A stretch of DNA of 64,000 bases. It comes from Deltaproteobacteria bacterium ADurb.Bin151 (GTDB taxonomy: Bacteria > Desulfobacterota > Syntrophia > Syntrophales > Smithellaceae). The notes under the pieces are model-generated. The model was not told the DNA's origin and searched no databases. It was given only the letters and a program-made list of their open reading frames with translations. This document shows positions 44,910 to 53,674 of the stretch, piece after piece; position 1 is the stretch's first letter, and every line of letters starts with the position of its first letter. The stretch lies in the NCBI GenBank assembly GCA_002070455.1, contig MWDG01000002.1:7062-71061 (forward strand), given 5' to 3'. The translations under genes were made by a program, and so were the position numbers.

Positions 44910-45068
44910 ATGAGCGATATTTTGATCTTGTTGCTGATCATCGGAGTGTGGTTTTTTGTTCAGGCTTGGCTACTGCCCAGACTGGGCATATCCACCTGAA
45001 TGCGTCCCGCCTGTCCGGTTCCGGACAGGAAGAAAAAAACGAAAGTAACAGAATCGACAGAACCTTAA
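44910..45068 (+). CDS. Candidate small membrane (seleno)protein; conventional ORF ends at TGA 44997-44999, possible read-through to TAA 45066-45068
   Basis: Not in the track. AAGGA lies 8 nt before ATG 44910. Translation: MSDILILLLIIGVWFFVQAWLLPRLGIST-TGA-MRPACPVPDRKKKTKVTESTEP. A hairpin begins 11 nt after the TGA (next feature). Confidence 0.35.
45010..45029 (+). promoter_or_regulatory. Strong hairpin after the TGA, SECIS-like and not a terminator
   Basis: CCTGTCC-GGTTCC-GGACAGG (up to 9 bp if the loop closes to TT). It is followed by AAGAAAAAAA rather than a U-tract, and the apical loop contains GGUU. Confidence 0.35.
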
Positions 45069-45073
45069 AAAAA

Positions 45074-45099
45074 GCCGTCCCGCGGACAGGCGGGACGGC
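45074..45099 (-). terminator. Rho-independent terminator of hup (possibly bidirectional)
   Basis: GCCGTCCCGC-GGACAG-GCGGGACGGC, a 10-bp GC-rich stem followed on the minus strand by TTTTTTT. Confidence 0.8.
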
Positions 45100-45128
45100 T
45101 TAAGAAAACCATGCAATAAAGCCTTTAC

Positions 45129-45398
45129 TTATTTTACCGCATCCTTTAAATCTTTCCCGGCCTTGAACACCGGAACTTTCTTCGCGGAGATCTTAATGGC
45201 TTCACCCGTCTGCGGATTTCTTCCGGTACGGGCTTTTCTCTTGCTGACACCAAACGTACCAAACCCGACAAGCGTTACCGTGTCGCCTTTCTTAAGGGCC
45301 TTTTTGATTGCCGTCAATACTGCGCCTACAGCTTCTTCCGCTTCTTTTTTGCTGCTTGTAACCTTTGCCACTTCTTCGATCAAATCTGCTTTGTTCAT
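45129..45398 (-). CDS. hup: HU-family nucleoid protein
   Basis: 89 aa. MNKADLIE...GFGTF...RTGRNPQTGE..I, the canonical HU/IHF signature. Confidence 0.95.
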   Translation of the reverse strand: MNKADLIEEVAKVTSSKKEAEEAVGAVLTAIKKALKKGDTVTLVGFGTFGVSKRKARTGRNPQTGEAIKISAKKVPVFKAGKDLKDAVK

Positions 45399-45564
45399 TA
45401 TTCCCTCCTTTTATGGACATTGAAATGTTTGATTGAAAATACAGGAACCAAGGACAGAAATCAACCGGAATTTCAGGGGACAATATTTGATTGACAGGCA
45501 AAAACTTTTTTCCTAGTCTCAAAGAAAAGAGCCCGTTTCAAAAAGAAATCCGTGAGGAATATCA

Positions 45565-45981
45565 ATGGTTTTTACAAAGGCAATCTCGCTTGACACGAAA
45601 GGATTCAGCGACATTATCGATATCACATCCAGTGTGATTTCGATCGTGAAGCAGTCCACCATCACAAGCGGTCTGGTCACCCTCTTTTGCCCCGGATCCA
45701 CGGGTGCGCTGACGACTATTGAATATGAAGACGGTGTGCTGCAGGATCTCAAGGACGCCCTCGAAAGGATCGCCCCGTCAGCCATCCCATATCAACACGA
45801 TGCACGATGGGGAGACGGAAATGGCTTTTCCCATGTCCGCGCTGCATTGATGAAGCCGTCCCTGTCGATTCCCCTGGTCAGCCGGAGGCTGACCCTTGGA
45901 ACATGGCAGCAGATTGTCTTCATCGATTTCGACAACCGCGGAAGGCACCGGGAAATCATTGTTCAGATCATGGGGGATTGA
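45565..45981 (+). CDS. yjbQ: YjbQ/UPF0047-family protein (secondary thiamine-phosphate synthase)
   Basis: 138 aa. Motifs TGALTTIEYE, GFSHVRAALMKPSLSIP, LGTWQQIVFIDFD. Confidence 0.88.
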   Translation: MVFTKAISLDTKGFSDIIDITSSVISIVKQSTITSGLVTLFCPGSTGALTTIEYEDGVLQDLKDALERIAPSAIPYQHDARWGDGNGFSHVRAALMKPSLSIPLVSRRLTLGTWQQIVFIDFDNRGRHREIIVQIMGD

Positions 45982-46038
45982 AAAAGCGCAGGGACTTCCC
46001 CGAAGCACTGCAAAGCAGAAGCCGGCCGGATCCGGCGT

Positions 46039-47952
46039 TTACTTTCTTTCAAAAATAATATTCCTGACACTCGTCTTGTATTTCTTTCTTTCCAGCGCGC
46101 GTTCTTTAAAAAACTCAAATTCACCGGGTTTCAATGCATACTTTAAATCCTTTATTTTTCCTTCCATGACAAACGCATTGCCTTCAAATCCGCATTTTAT
46201 CTCGTTGATATTGTAGGGATCTTCTATTTTATAATTCGCCGGCAATTTCCGGATCCTGTAGCCTTTGGGAAAATAAAAGAATTTTTTAAATCGAACAAGA
46301 CCGCTTCCCGTAAATCTTATGGGGTATCTTCTTGATTTCACCGCCGTCAGTTCATCATAATCCCTGATCATTGCGGCACCCGATAAAATCATTTCATTAT
46401 CGTCAACTTTATGAATTTCATTCCTCATCAACCCCCTGACTTTCACAACAAAAGGTGATTCCAGTTCATCAAGGTTCAATATTTCCAGTTGCTGAAGCTC
46501 TATCCCCTTTGCTTCGAAATGCTGCTCCCTTGCCCTGGGTGACAGGTTTCTGAATTTGTTTCTTTCCGCTTCTGCACACTTGCCATAACTGCTGTAAATA
46601 TATTCAACTACAGCATCTCCGCTTTCTTTCACATGGACCCGCTGCATAAGATCCGTATAATCCCTGCTGTCTTCAAGATCAGGGGTCTTCACGAATTGAT
46701 AGCTTCCGTCCTCGTTGATCTGCAGGACTCGCGTGGGAACAAGAAACGGCACCGAATCAATAACGGCCACCTTGTTGGTCGAATCCAGCCAGTAAAAGGT
46801 ACCATCTTTTTTGGGGACAACCGCAATGACATGGTTAAAATAACCCATGGATGGGGCAGCTTCATCCAGTGCGTCCGAATCTTTCGGCACAAGAGCCGGA
46901 CGGCCTTCAATGCCCACCGTTTTGAGCATGGTCAACAAAAGTGTTGTCTTGTCCTTGCAGTCCCCGTATTTTTTCTTAAGAACATCGCGTGCAGGGTGAG
47001 GCGTCATCGTATGAGGGCCGATTTCAACGGCCACATACCGGACCTCACGGGCAACAAAATCAAAGATTGCCCTGATTTTATCTTCATCAGTAGTTTTACC
47101 TGCTGTCAGCTTACGGGTGAAATCATCCAGTGCCTCATCGGACTGCATCTGTTCTTTCACAAGCCCTGCATACCATTTTGAAATGACATTCCAACAGCTC
47201 AGGGTCCAGCAGTGAACTTGGGGAAAAACATCTTTGTCCGTCGGGCGCGGCATGTTCGGCTCGGGAATGATTTCCGGACTGTTTTCGCTTCTAAAAGTGT
47301 ATTTTGTTTTACCACCGTACTCCTCGACCGTTGGTTTAATATCGGTTTTAAAGTTGGCCATGTGCAACTGCCTGCCGTTTGGCAGAATGATTTCCATCAC
47401 TTTTTCTTTTACCGGGAAAAATTCCCGAAGGGCAAACCGGGTATAATAATCATGAAGCAGAAATGGTTTTGTGTGTTTAACTTCGTAGGCGTATTCGACA
47501 ATGCAGCCCGGTTCGATCGCGGCCATGGTGAATTTCTTTTCTTTGATGTCTGTGTATTCTTCATACTGTGAATACGCCGCGGAATCTATGATATCTTCTT
47601 CTCTGAGCGGCACGGTGGTTCCGTCCGGTCTGATCGTGTTTGCGTAAAGAATCTTTACGCGGCTATAGCCCTCCCGATAACTGATGGATTTCCTGGCGAG
47701 GTAATATCCTCTTTCGTTCAGGATTTTGCAGCGGACAGTATGCTTGTAGACTTGCGTCCCGTCGTCAAACATCTCCATGCTTCCGTAATTCAGCAGGAAG
47801 ACGGCCGTTGCGTCGGGATGGTCTTCCTGCATCGGGAATGCGCTCAAAGCACCCCTGATATCCGGACCGGACAAACTCCTGTAAGGCAAAGAGGCCGCGC
47901 AGGAGGCCAGTAAAAAAGTGAGAAAGATAATGATGCACTTCGCGATTTTCAT
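46039..47952 (-). CDS. Lipoprotein with DUF3857-like N-terminal and transglutaminase-like cysteine-protease core
   Basis: Lipobox LLASC after ATG 47952. Transglutaminase-core motif KKYGDCKDKTTLLLTMLKTVGI...H...D. Confidence 0.78.
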   Translation of the reverse strand: MKIAKCIIIFLTFLLASCAASLPYRSLSGPDIRGALSAFPMQEDHPDATAVFLLNYGSMEMFDDGTQVYKHTVRCKILNERGYYLARKSISYREGYSRVKILYANTIRPDGTTVPLREEDIIDSAAYSQYEEYTDIKEKKFTMAAIEPGCIVEYAYEVKHTKPFLLHDYYTRFALREFFPVKEKVMEIILPNGRQLHMANFKTDIKPTVEEYGGKTKYTFRSENSPEIIPEPNMPRPTDKDVFPQVHCWTLSCWNVISKWYAGLVKEQMQSDEALDDFTRKLTAGKTTDEDKIRAIFDFVAREVRYVAVEIGPHTMTPHPARDVLKKKYGDCKDKTTLLLTMLKTVGIEGRPALVPKDSDALDEAAPSMGYFNHVIAVVPKKDGTFYWLDSTNKVAVIDSVPFLVPTRVLQINEDGSYQFVKTPDLEDSRDYTDLMQRVHVKESGDAVVEYIYSSYGKCAEAERNKFRNLSPRAREQHFEAKGIELQQLEILNLDELESPFVVKVRGLMRNEIHKVDDNEMILSGAAMIRDYDELTAVKSRRYPIRFTGSGLVRFKKFFYFPKGYRIRKLPANYKIEDPYNINEIKCGFEGNAFVMEGKIKDLKYALKPGEFEFFKERALERKKYKTSVRNIIFERK

Positions 47953-48161
47953 TTCCTGATAACCTGCCCCGGACTCCAGACACAATCCGGAACAAGTTCC
48001 TTATTTTATTCTTCACGCATTTGACCTGATCCGGCCCGTCACCGACCCGGCAGACCATCGCTACCCGGCCTGCGACAGACCGGGGCAGAGAAAGAATATG
48101 CTGGAGTCTCTTTTATTTTTCGGTCTTTTCAGAATCTTTATCCGCTATCCTGCCATAAAGG

Positions 48162-49055
48162 TTATCGGGGCGGGGGGACTCCCCTTTTTTCCAGGGACAC
48201 CAGGCACTCGTCGATGCTGACGCGCTTTTTTCTGTTCTGGTTGATCAATGCCTTGACAACATTCCAGCCAACCAGTCCGTTCTCAGCCATTTTCGTTATT
48301 TCTTCAAGGGCCGTACGTTTATCGTAAGAAGACGGGCGGTAAGGTCTTGAAGAAATAAGGGCATCGTATACATCGGTGACGATGACAAGCTCGATCATCG
48401 TATTGTCTATGCGGATTCCCCGGGGATATCCCGAACCGTCCCGTCTTTCATGATGGTCCCTTGCGACTCTTGCCGTGATATTTTCCGGGTCCCCGAAATA
48501 ATGGCTCAGCAATACATAACCTGTCAGCGTATGTTGCTTCAGAATTTTATGTTCATCAGACGTTAGCGGGGTTTGTTTATTCAGAATATTCACAGGCACG
48601 GTTATTTTCCCGATGTCATGGGACGGTGCCCCGACAACGCCATCCATCATGGATATTCTGTCTTTTACGAGACATTCAGCCAGCAGTGTTGAAAGCGCAG
48701 AAACCGTGAGGAGATGCCGATATGTGTAAAAATCATACTCCTTGAAGAAATATATTGATTCCAGTATCGGCAGCGGCAGCTCAACCTTCAACATCCTGGC
48801 CAAAAGCCTCAGACGGGTTTCCCTGCTGTCAAATACGGAAAGATAATTGTCCTGATCAAGGAACTCCAGGATGTCCGACTTTATCGATCCGAATTCCAGA
48901 AGTCTGCCAGTAAGGACCGGGGATCGGTTGCCTGAAATCATTTTTTGCAGGTTTTCGTCCGACAAGACCGTTCGGGCCGGAAGCAGTTCCCTGCCATCAA
49001 TCGCGCGTATAGGATATTCAATCATCAGTTCAGTCATGGCACATTCATCTTTCAT
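48162..49055 (-). CDS. HD-GYP domain protein (c-di-GMP phosphodiesterase family)
   Basis: 297 aa. HDIGK ... DHHERRDGSGYPRGI. Confidence 0.88.
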   Translation of the reverse strand: MKDECAMTELMIEYPIRAIDGRELLPARTVLSDENLQKMISGNRSPVLTGRLLEFGSIKSDILEFLDQDNYLSVFDSRETRLRLLARMLKVELPLPILESIYFFKEYDFYTYRHLLTVSALSTLLAECLVKDRISMMDGVVGAPSHDIGKITVPVNILNKQTPLTSDEHKILKQHTLTGYVLLSHYFGDPENITARVARDHHERRDGSGYPRGIRIDNTMIELVIVTDVYDALISSRPYRPSSYDKRTALEEITKMAENGLVGWNVVKALINQNRKKRVSIDECLVSLEKRGVPPPR

Positions 49056-49209
49056 ATTCAGGAGGCATTCCGGTTATTCCCATACCATCGCAAATCCGTA
49101 AAATTCACCACGGCGCCTGACTTTCCAAACATTTATTAACGATGGATTTATATTTGTATCACATAGTCGACTGAAGTTCAGCCATTTTATGATGAAATCC
49201 GATAAAAAT

Positions 49210-51594
49210 TTACGGAACCAGACGGAGTTTTTCCAGCGCGTGTTCGCGGATTTTTTGATCGCCAAACCACCAGTATCGCTTCTCCCCGTCCATAAAAGGC
49301 CCGACCTGGTCCTGATGATGGGGATCGAACTGACGGCCGGACGCGCCGCCCGGCAGGACGGCCAAAACCTTGTCGGGATCACCAAGATCGGCCACCATGC
49401 GCAGGGATGCGGAAACTGTTACATCATAGGGTTTATTATAATCAAATCTGGACCGCAAAAGGGTCTCCTGCGATCCTCCCATGGCATGGGAACCGCCTCC
49501 CAGCAACCCGCTGCCGAACCCCTTGAGTCGCAGCGGCGAAACCAGTTTAAGATGATGCACGCTGCCCCATTTCCACTTCTGGGGATCATTCCCCTGAAGA
49601 CGGCTCATTTCCCGGTAAGTTTCAAGGGCGGCCCTGTGGAAGAGATCATCCCGTGATTGAGAAAACCAGGGCGTCTTGCCCGCCAGGACCATTCGCTGAA
49701 GGGATTCCTGCCAGAAATAGGGATGATCGATGAGCAATTTGGTGAGGTCCGCCCCCAGTTTATCCTGATAAACGGCAAGGAAGAAATGACGATAAACGGA
49801 TTGAAAAACAGCCGGTGCGGCCTGGTCCGGATCATCACGGTAATCCCAGTCCCTGAGAATCCTCCCCATGGCTTCCGTATCCTGATGAGCAAGAAGTGCT
49901 TTTGACATGACAGGGGCAATCTGCCTGGCCATCACATTCAAATGATCACGCTGAAAATTCCAGTGATCATCAACCGTCTTCTTCCCGGGCCTGTTCATCA
50001 ATTCAGTCAGACGGCGGTAACGATAGGACGCCGAGGCATGGGAAGTGTAGTAATAGGGGTAATCGCACGGGACGGCGTAATGATTGCAGGTGCCCAGCCA
50101 GCCTTTCGCGGCGTCATAGGACTGCGGCATCTTTTCGTATTCTATCCAGCCCCTCCAGTTATCGCGGCCGTCAGTCACCCGGAACGGAACCAGACCATTT
50201 CCCCTAACGCGAATAGGAATGCGTCCCGTCGTCTGCCACCCGAAATGCCCCTCCCCGTCGGCAAAAACGAAGTTGAGCATGATGGTCGTGACCTGTCGAA
50301 GTGCTTCACGGACCTCGGCAACATTTCGGGCCTTCATCAGTTGATCAAGACCAAGCGACGGCGCCATGTTTTGAAAGGGAGACCAGCGCATGGTAATGAC
50401 CTTGCGACTATCGAGCCCTTTCAATACCCCGGAAACAACAGGTCCCCGTTTCGTCAGGCGAATGGCAATTTCTTCCTCCTGAAAACCGCCTGCGCTTTTT
50501 GAATCCTTTATTCGGATCTTTTCCTTCAGAATCTCGAAGGGAAGAGACCTGCCGCCTTCCATGTAGCGGTTCGGGTTTGCCGGATCGATGGTCTCGATGA
50601 AAAGATCCTGCGTATCGGCATACGAATTCGTCATTCCGATGGCAATGTGCCCGGTGCGTCCGGCCACCATTCCCGGAATCCCCGGAACGTTCACGCCGAC
50701 TGCCTTCAACTCCGGTGCAATCAGTCCGCAGGGATACCAGGGACCGGGAAGGATGCGGGCATCCAGGTGTGGGTCATTTGCTACGACAGGCTTTCCGCTT
50801 ACGGAAAGCCCTGGGCCAACAACCCAGTTATTGCTGCCGATGTGCAACCCGGAAACTTGTTCTTGCCACAGGGACATGAGAGCAGGATCAGCTGCAAGGT
50901 CAAGATTTGTCTTTTCAGGCAGGTAATCATTTGCTGTTTTTTTCACCGGTGGACAAGTGTTTTCCGTGTCCGGATTGATGTTGAGCGGGAAAAGGTCCTT
51001 CGCCTTTTCGGGACCCAAAGTCTCCACGAGCAGTTGGGCGATGATTTCGTCCTTGACATTGGCCGCCGTGGACCATCCCATGTAATAGACAAGGGCAAGG
51101 GAATCAGCGATCGTCCACGGTTCCGGATTAACTCCGGAGAGATTGAATTCCAGCGGCAAATCATCCTTACGGGCAACAAACGCATTGACACCTTCCGCGT
51201 AGAGTTCAAGGTAACGCCGGTTCGCCTCGTTCAGCATGGCCGCATGCTTTTCGGCCTGGCGGACAAAGCCAAGCGCGCGCATACGAATGTCCGATTCCAG
51301 GCCCGGCCTTCCCACAAGCTCGCTGATGCGCCCGGAAACCATAAGCCGGGTCAGATGCATCTGAAAGAGCCGGTCCTGTGCCGTCACAAACCCCTGGGCC
51401 AGCCACAAGTCTTCCTCATTTGCTGCGAAAATATAAGCAATGCCCTGTTCATCGCGCAGAACCTCGACCGCTGATTTCAATCCCGGAAAATGAATCTCAC
51501 CCTCTCGCTGAAACGTATTGAGATTTGCGCATCCCGTATGGATCATACAGGCAAGACTTACGATGATGAAAAGAATATTACGCCCTGGATACAC
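49210..51594 (-). CDS. Penicillin G acylase / AHL-acylase family Ntn hydrolase (exported)
   Basis: 794 aa. N-terminal signal/lipoprotein-like sequence. Beta-subunit nucleophile motif GSNNWVV. GVN.PG and DxQD motifs typical of the family. GTG start. Confidence 0.9.
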   Translation of the reverse strand: MYPGRNILFIIVSLACMIHTGCANLNTFQREGEIHFPGLKSAVEVLRDEQGIAYIFAANEEDLWLAQGFVTAQDRLFQMHLTRLMVSGRISELVGRPGLESDIRMRALGFVRQAEKHAAMLNEANRRYLELYAEGVNAFVARKDDLPLEFNLSGVNPEPWTIADSLALVYYMGWSTAANVKDEIIAQLLVETLGPEKAKDLFPLNINPDTENTCPPVKKTANDYLPEKTNLDLAADPALMSLWQEQVSGLHIGSNNWVVGPGLSVSGKPVVANDPHLDARILPGPWYPCGLIAPELKAVGVNVPGIPGMVAGRTGHIAIGMTNSYADTQDLFIETIDPANPNRYMEGGRSLPFEILKEKIRIKDSKSAGGFQEEEIAIRLTKRGPVVSGVLKGLDSRKVITMRWSPFQNMAPSLGLDQLMKARNVAEVREALRQVTTIMLNFVFADGEGHFGWQTTGRIPIRVRGNGLVPFRVTDGRDNWRGWIEYEKMPQSYDAAKGWLGTCNHYAVPCDYPYYYTSHASASYRYRRLTELMNRPGKKTVDDHWNFQRDHLNVMARQIAPVMSKALLAHQDTEAMGRILRDWDYRDDPDQAAPAVFQSVYRHFFLAVYQDKLGADLTKLLIDHPYFWQESLQRMVLAGKTPWFSQSRDDLFHRAALETYREMSRLQGNDPQKWKWGSVHHLKLVSPLRLKGFGSGLLGGGSHAMGGSQETLLRSRFDYNKPYDVTVSASLRMVADLGDPDKVLAVLPGGASGRQFDPHHQDQVGPFMDGEKRYWWFGDQKIREHALEKLRLVP

Positions 51595-51651
51595 TGTTTT
51601 CTCCTTTGATGCCTGACCATCAGCAAAGCACCATTCTTACACAGTCGCGGG

Positions 51652-52026
51652 CTATTGACTCTGGCAAACTTCGTTTATTTTTTTAACCAGTTCGTCGATT
51701 TTAACGGGCTTCGCGATCAAGGCTTTACCGCCGGAAATGCCCGCACCTTTTTGTACGTCAGCTTCATTCACGATGGCGGTCACATAGATGATGGGAATGG
51801 AACGGGTATGCGGATCCGCTAATAACGCATCCGTTACTTCGGTTCCGGACATGCCGGGCATCATAATATCCAGGAGAATAACATCCGGCTGCTCATCCTT
51901 CGCAAGGTTTATCCCCTCATCCCCCCGCGTCGCGGTCAGCACCTGAAATTCGTCATTCGTTTCCAGGTTCTTCTTGATGGCTCTGCAAAAAAATAATTCG
52001 TCATCGATAATCAGTACTTTTTTCAA
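51652..52026 (-). CDS. Stand-alone CheY-like response regulator receiver
   Basis: 124 aa. KVLIIDDE ... VILLDIMMPGMSG ... AKP. Confidence 0.9.
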   Translation of the reverse strand: MKKVLIIDDELFFCRAIKKNLETNDEFQVLTATRGDEGINLAKDEQPDVILLDIMMPGMSGTEVTDALLADPHTRSIPIIYVTAIVNEADVQKGAGISGGKALIAKPVKIDELVKKINEVCQSQ

Positions 52027-52071
52027 ATTCCTCTCCCCGCCCCTGTCCTTTATTTATTGTCCGTTTCCCTT

Positions 52072-52617
52072 TTACGGTAGATACACACCCGTTCCGATGA
52101 AGTAGTCTGTTCCCGGAATGGGCTCAACATAACCGACCTTTTTCTGTTCGCCCTTGGCGCCCGGTTTCAGCCAGTAGAAATCAACGAATCCCCCGCCGGT
52201 TTTTGCCGTGTCGCTCAGTTCACGAATGACATATTTCCCCTTGGCATCTTTATGCTTGTAAAGATTTTTGCCCTGCAGCTCTTTCTGGATTGCATGGGCG
52301 ACATTCACGCAATTGTATTTATAGACATAGAAATATCCCGTGTTGTCCGCGTAAAAACGAACGGGACTGACAAATTTCCGGGCCAGGGCAATGCGCTTTT
52401 TTTCTCCCTTCACATCCCTCAGAATTTCACCTAGTCCCAGTGCGGTTCCATGCACAATGGTTTTGGCAATTTCTTTCTGGCACTCGATGGATTTTTCATC
52501 GGTTGCCTGCGCAAAACCCGTGGCGGCGGGAAGCAGGGCCAGTGTGAACAAAAACGCGGCTGTCAATAAAACAGCCGCCCTGATCGTGTAATGAACCGGG
52601 ATATTTTCCTTTTCCAT
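52072..52617 (-). CDS. Exported single-Cache (sCache_2-like) domain protein without output domain
   Basis: 181 aa. Signal peptide. YFYVYKYNCVNVAH...GKNLY..KD..G ... GGGFVDFYWLKPG is typical of Cache_2. Confidence 0.7.
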   Translation of the reverse strand: MEKENIPVHYTIRAAVLLTAAFLFTLALLPAATGFAQATDEKSIECQKEIAKTIVHGTALGLGEILRDVKGEKKRIALARKFVSPVRFYADNTGYFYVYKYNCVNVAHAIQKELQGKNLYKHKDAKGKYVIRELSDTAKTGGGFVDFYWLKPGAKGEQKKVGYVEPIPGTDYFIGTGVYLP

Positions 52618-52653
52618 ACTCGTTGCTCCTGTATATATTTTGATAAAAATTTC

Positions 52654-52676
52654 TCACAAATCAGCGGATTTGTCAA
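52654..52676 (-). promoter_or_regulatory. Inverted repeat overlapping a TTGACA -35 upstream of the Cache gene
   Basis: Plus-strand ACAAATC-AGCG-GATTTGT (52656-52673). The minus-strand TTGACA occupies 52676-52671. Confidence 0.3.
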
Positions 52677-52709
52677 TTCGCTTCGGAGACTCAAGTCACT
52701 GCTGCCCTA

Positions 52710-53144
52710 TTACGATTTCGTTGCGGGCTTACGCGTTTTCATATATTCATGTTCCATGGCAAGATGTTCGATATACTCGCTAAAAGTCCATGTAAGAGCC
52801 GTATCGGTTATGATGGCAAAGATCATATGTTGAGGATCGGGCAAAACGGCCTTGAAGCTCCTCATCACGTGCAGAACCTGCTCCCGTTCCATCGCGTTGA
52901 CCATCACCGCCCTGTATTGCCCCTGCACCGGAGAGGAGCCTTGCTTTTCTCTCACATTGTCCTGCCCCATCCCGCCCGCCGACACTCGTTCCAATACTTC
53001 TCCCACTCCCACAGGCATCATGTTTTCCGTAAGGGGAATCACTTCCAGTTCAATCTTTTCCGGATGAACTTCACAAAACGAAATCTTTCCCTTTTCTATG
53101 TCCTCGCGGGACAATCCCAGGGAAAAGCAAATGATCTTCTCCAT
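52710..53144 (-). CDS. Hypothetical protein (DUF3783-like C-terminus)
   Basis: ATG 53144 is preceded by AGGAGGGGAG. The C-terminal IFAIITDTALTWTFSEYIEHLAMEHEYM resembles the DUF3783 pattern from memory. Confidence 0.45.
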   Translation of the reverse strand: MEKIICFSLGLSREDIEKGKISFCEVHPEKIELEVIPLTENMMPVGVGEVLERVSAGGMGQDNVREKQGSSPVQGQYRAVMVNAMEREQVLHVMRSFKAVLPDPQHMIFAIITDTALTWTFSEYIEHLAMEHEYMKTRKPATKS

Positions 53145-53233
53145 GATGCAGTACTCCCCTCCTGTCATTCATTCCCGTATTGCGCCGATTTCAGAAAATC
53201 TGTGTTTCGTGATCGGCCCTGCAGCAGCCATCA

Positions 53234-53575
53234 TCAATCCTCTTTGCCGTCATCCTTCTTGCAGGCTTCAGCCAACCATTCATTGACACTTTTGTTTTCC
53301 TTCCTGGCGGCCACGGCTATCAAACTGTGCAAAGCCGCACTGATGCGTACCACTGAACGCGCTTCGGAAGGCTTTTCCGGTTCTTCGTTTCTTTCGGCGC
53401 AACCGGCCAGATAACCGTCAACGGCCTGCTCAAAAGCCTTTTTGATGCTCTCTACGGAATCACCCTGGAAACTGATTTCATGTTGAATATCGAAAACACA
53501 GCCAACAAGGCATCCCCGTTCCTCGCTGTATTCTATCTTTGCACAGTAGCCTTTATAGGTCATTGGCTTGCTCAT
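53234..53575 (-). CDS. hicB: HicB-family antitoxin (with C-terminal RHH)
   Basis: 113 aa. YKGYCAKIEYSEERGCLVGCVFDI...FQGDSVESIKKAFEQAVDGYL..C...G.EPEKP closely follows the HicB pattern. Confidence 0.85.
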   Translation of the reverse strand: MSKPMTYKGYCAKIEYSEERGCLVGCVFDIQHEISFQGDSVESIKKAFEQAVDGYLAGCAERNEEPEKPSEARSVVRISAALHSLIAVAARKENKSVNEWLAEACKKDDGKED

Positions 53576-53674
53576 GGTTTTTTCTCCGGTTCGTGCAAAT
53601 TTTTCGTCGTGCCGCAGTTTTTAGAATCTCCGGGACAGGGACATAAAGCATCAGACGTCCAGTCCGGGTTCAAA

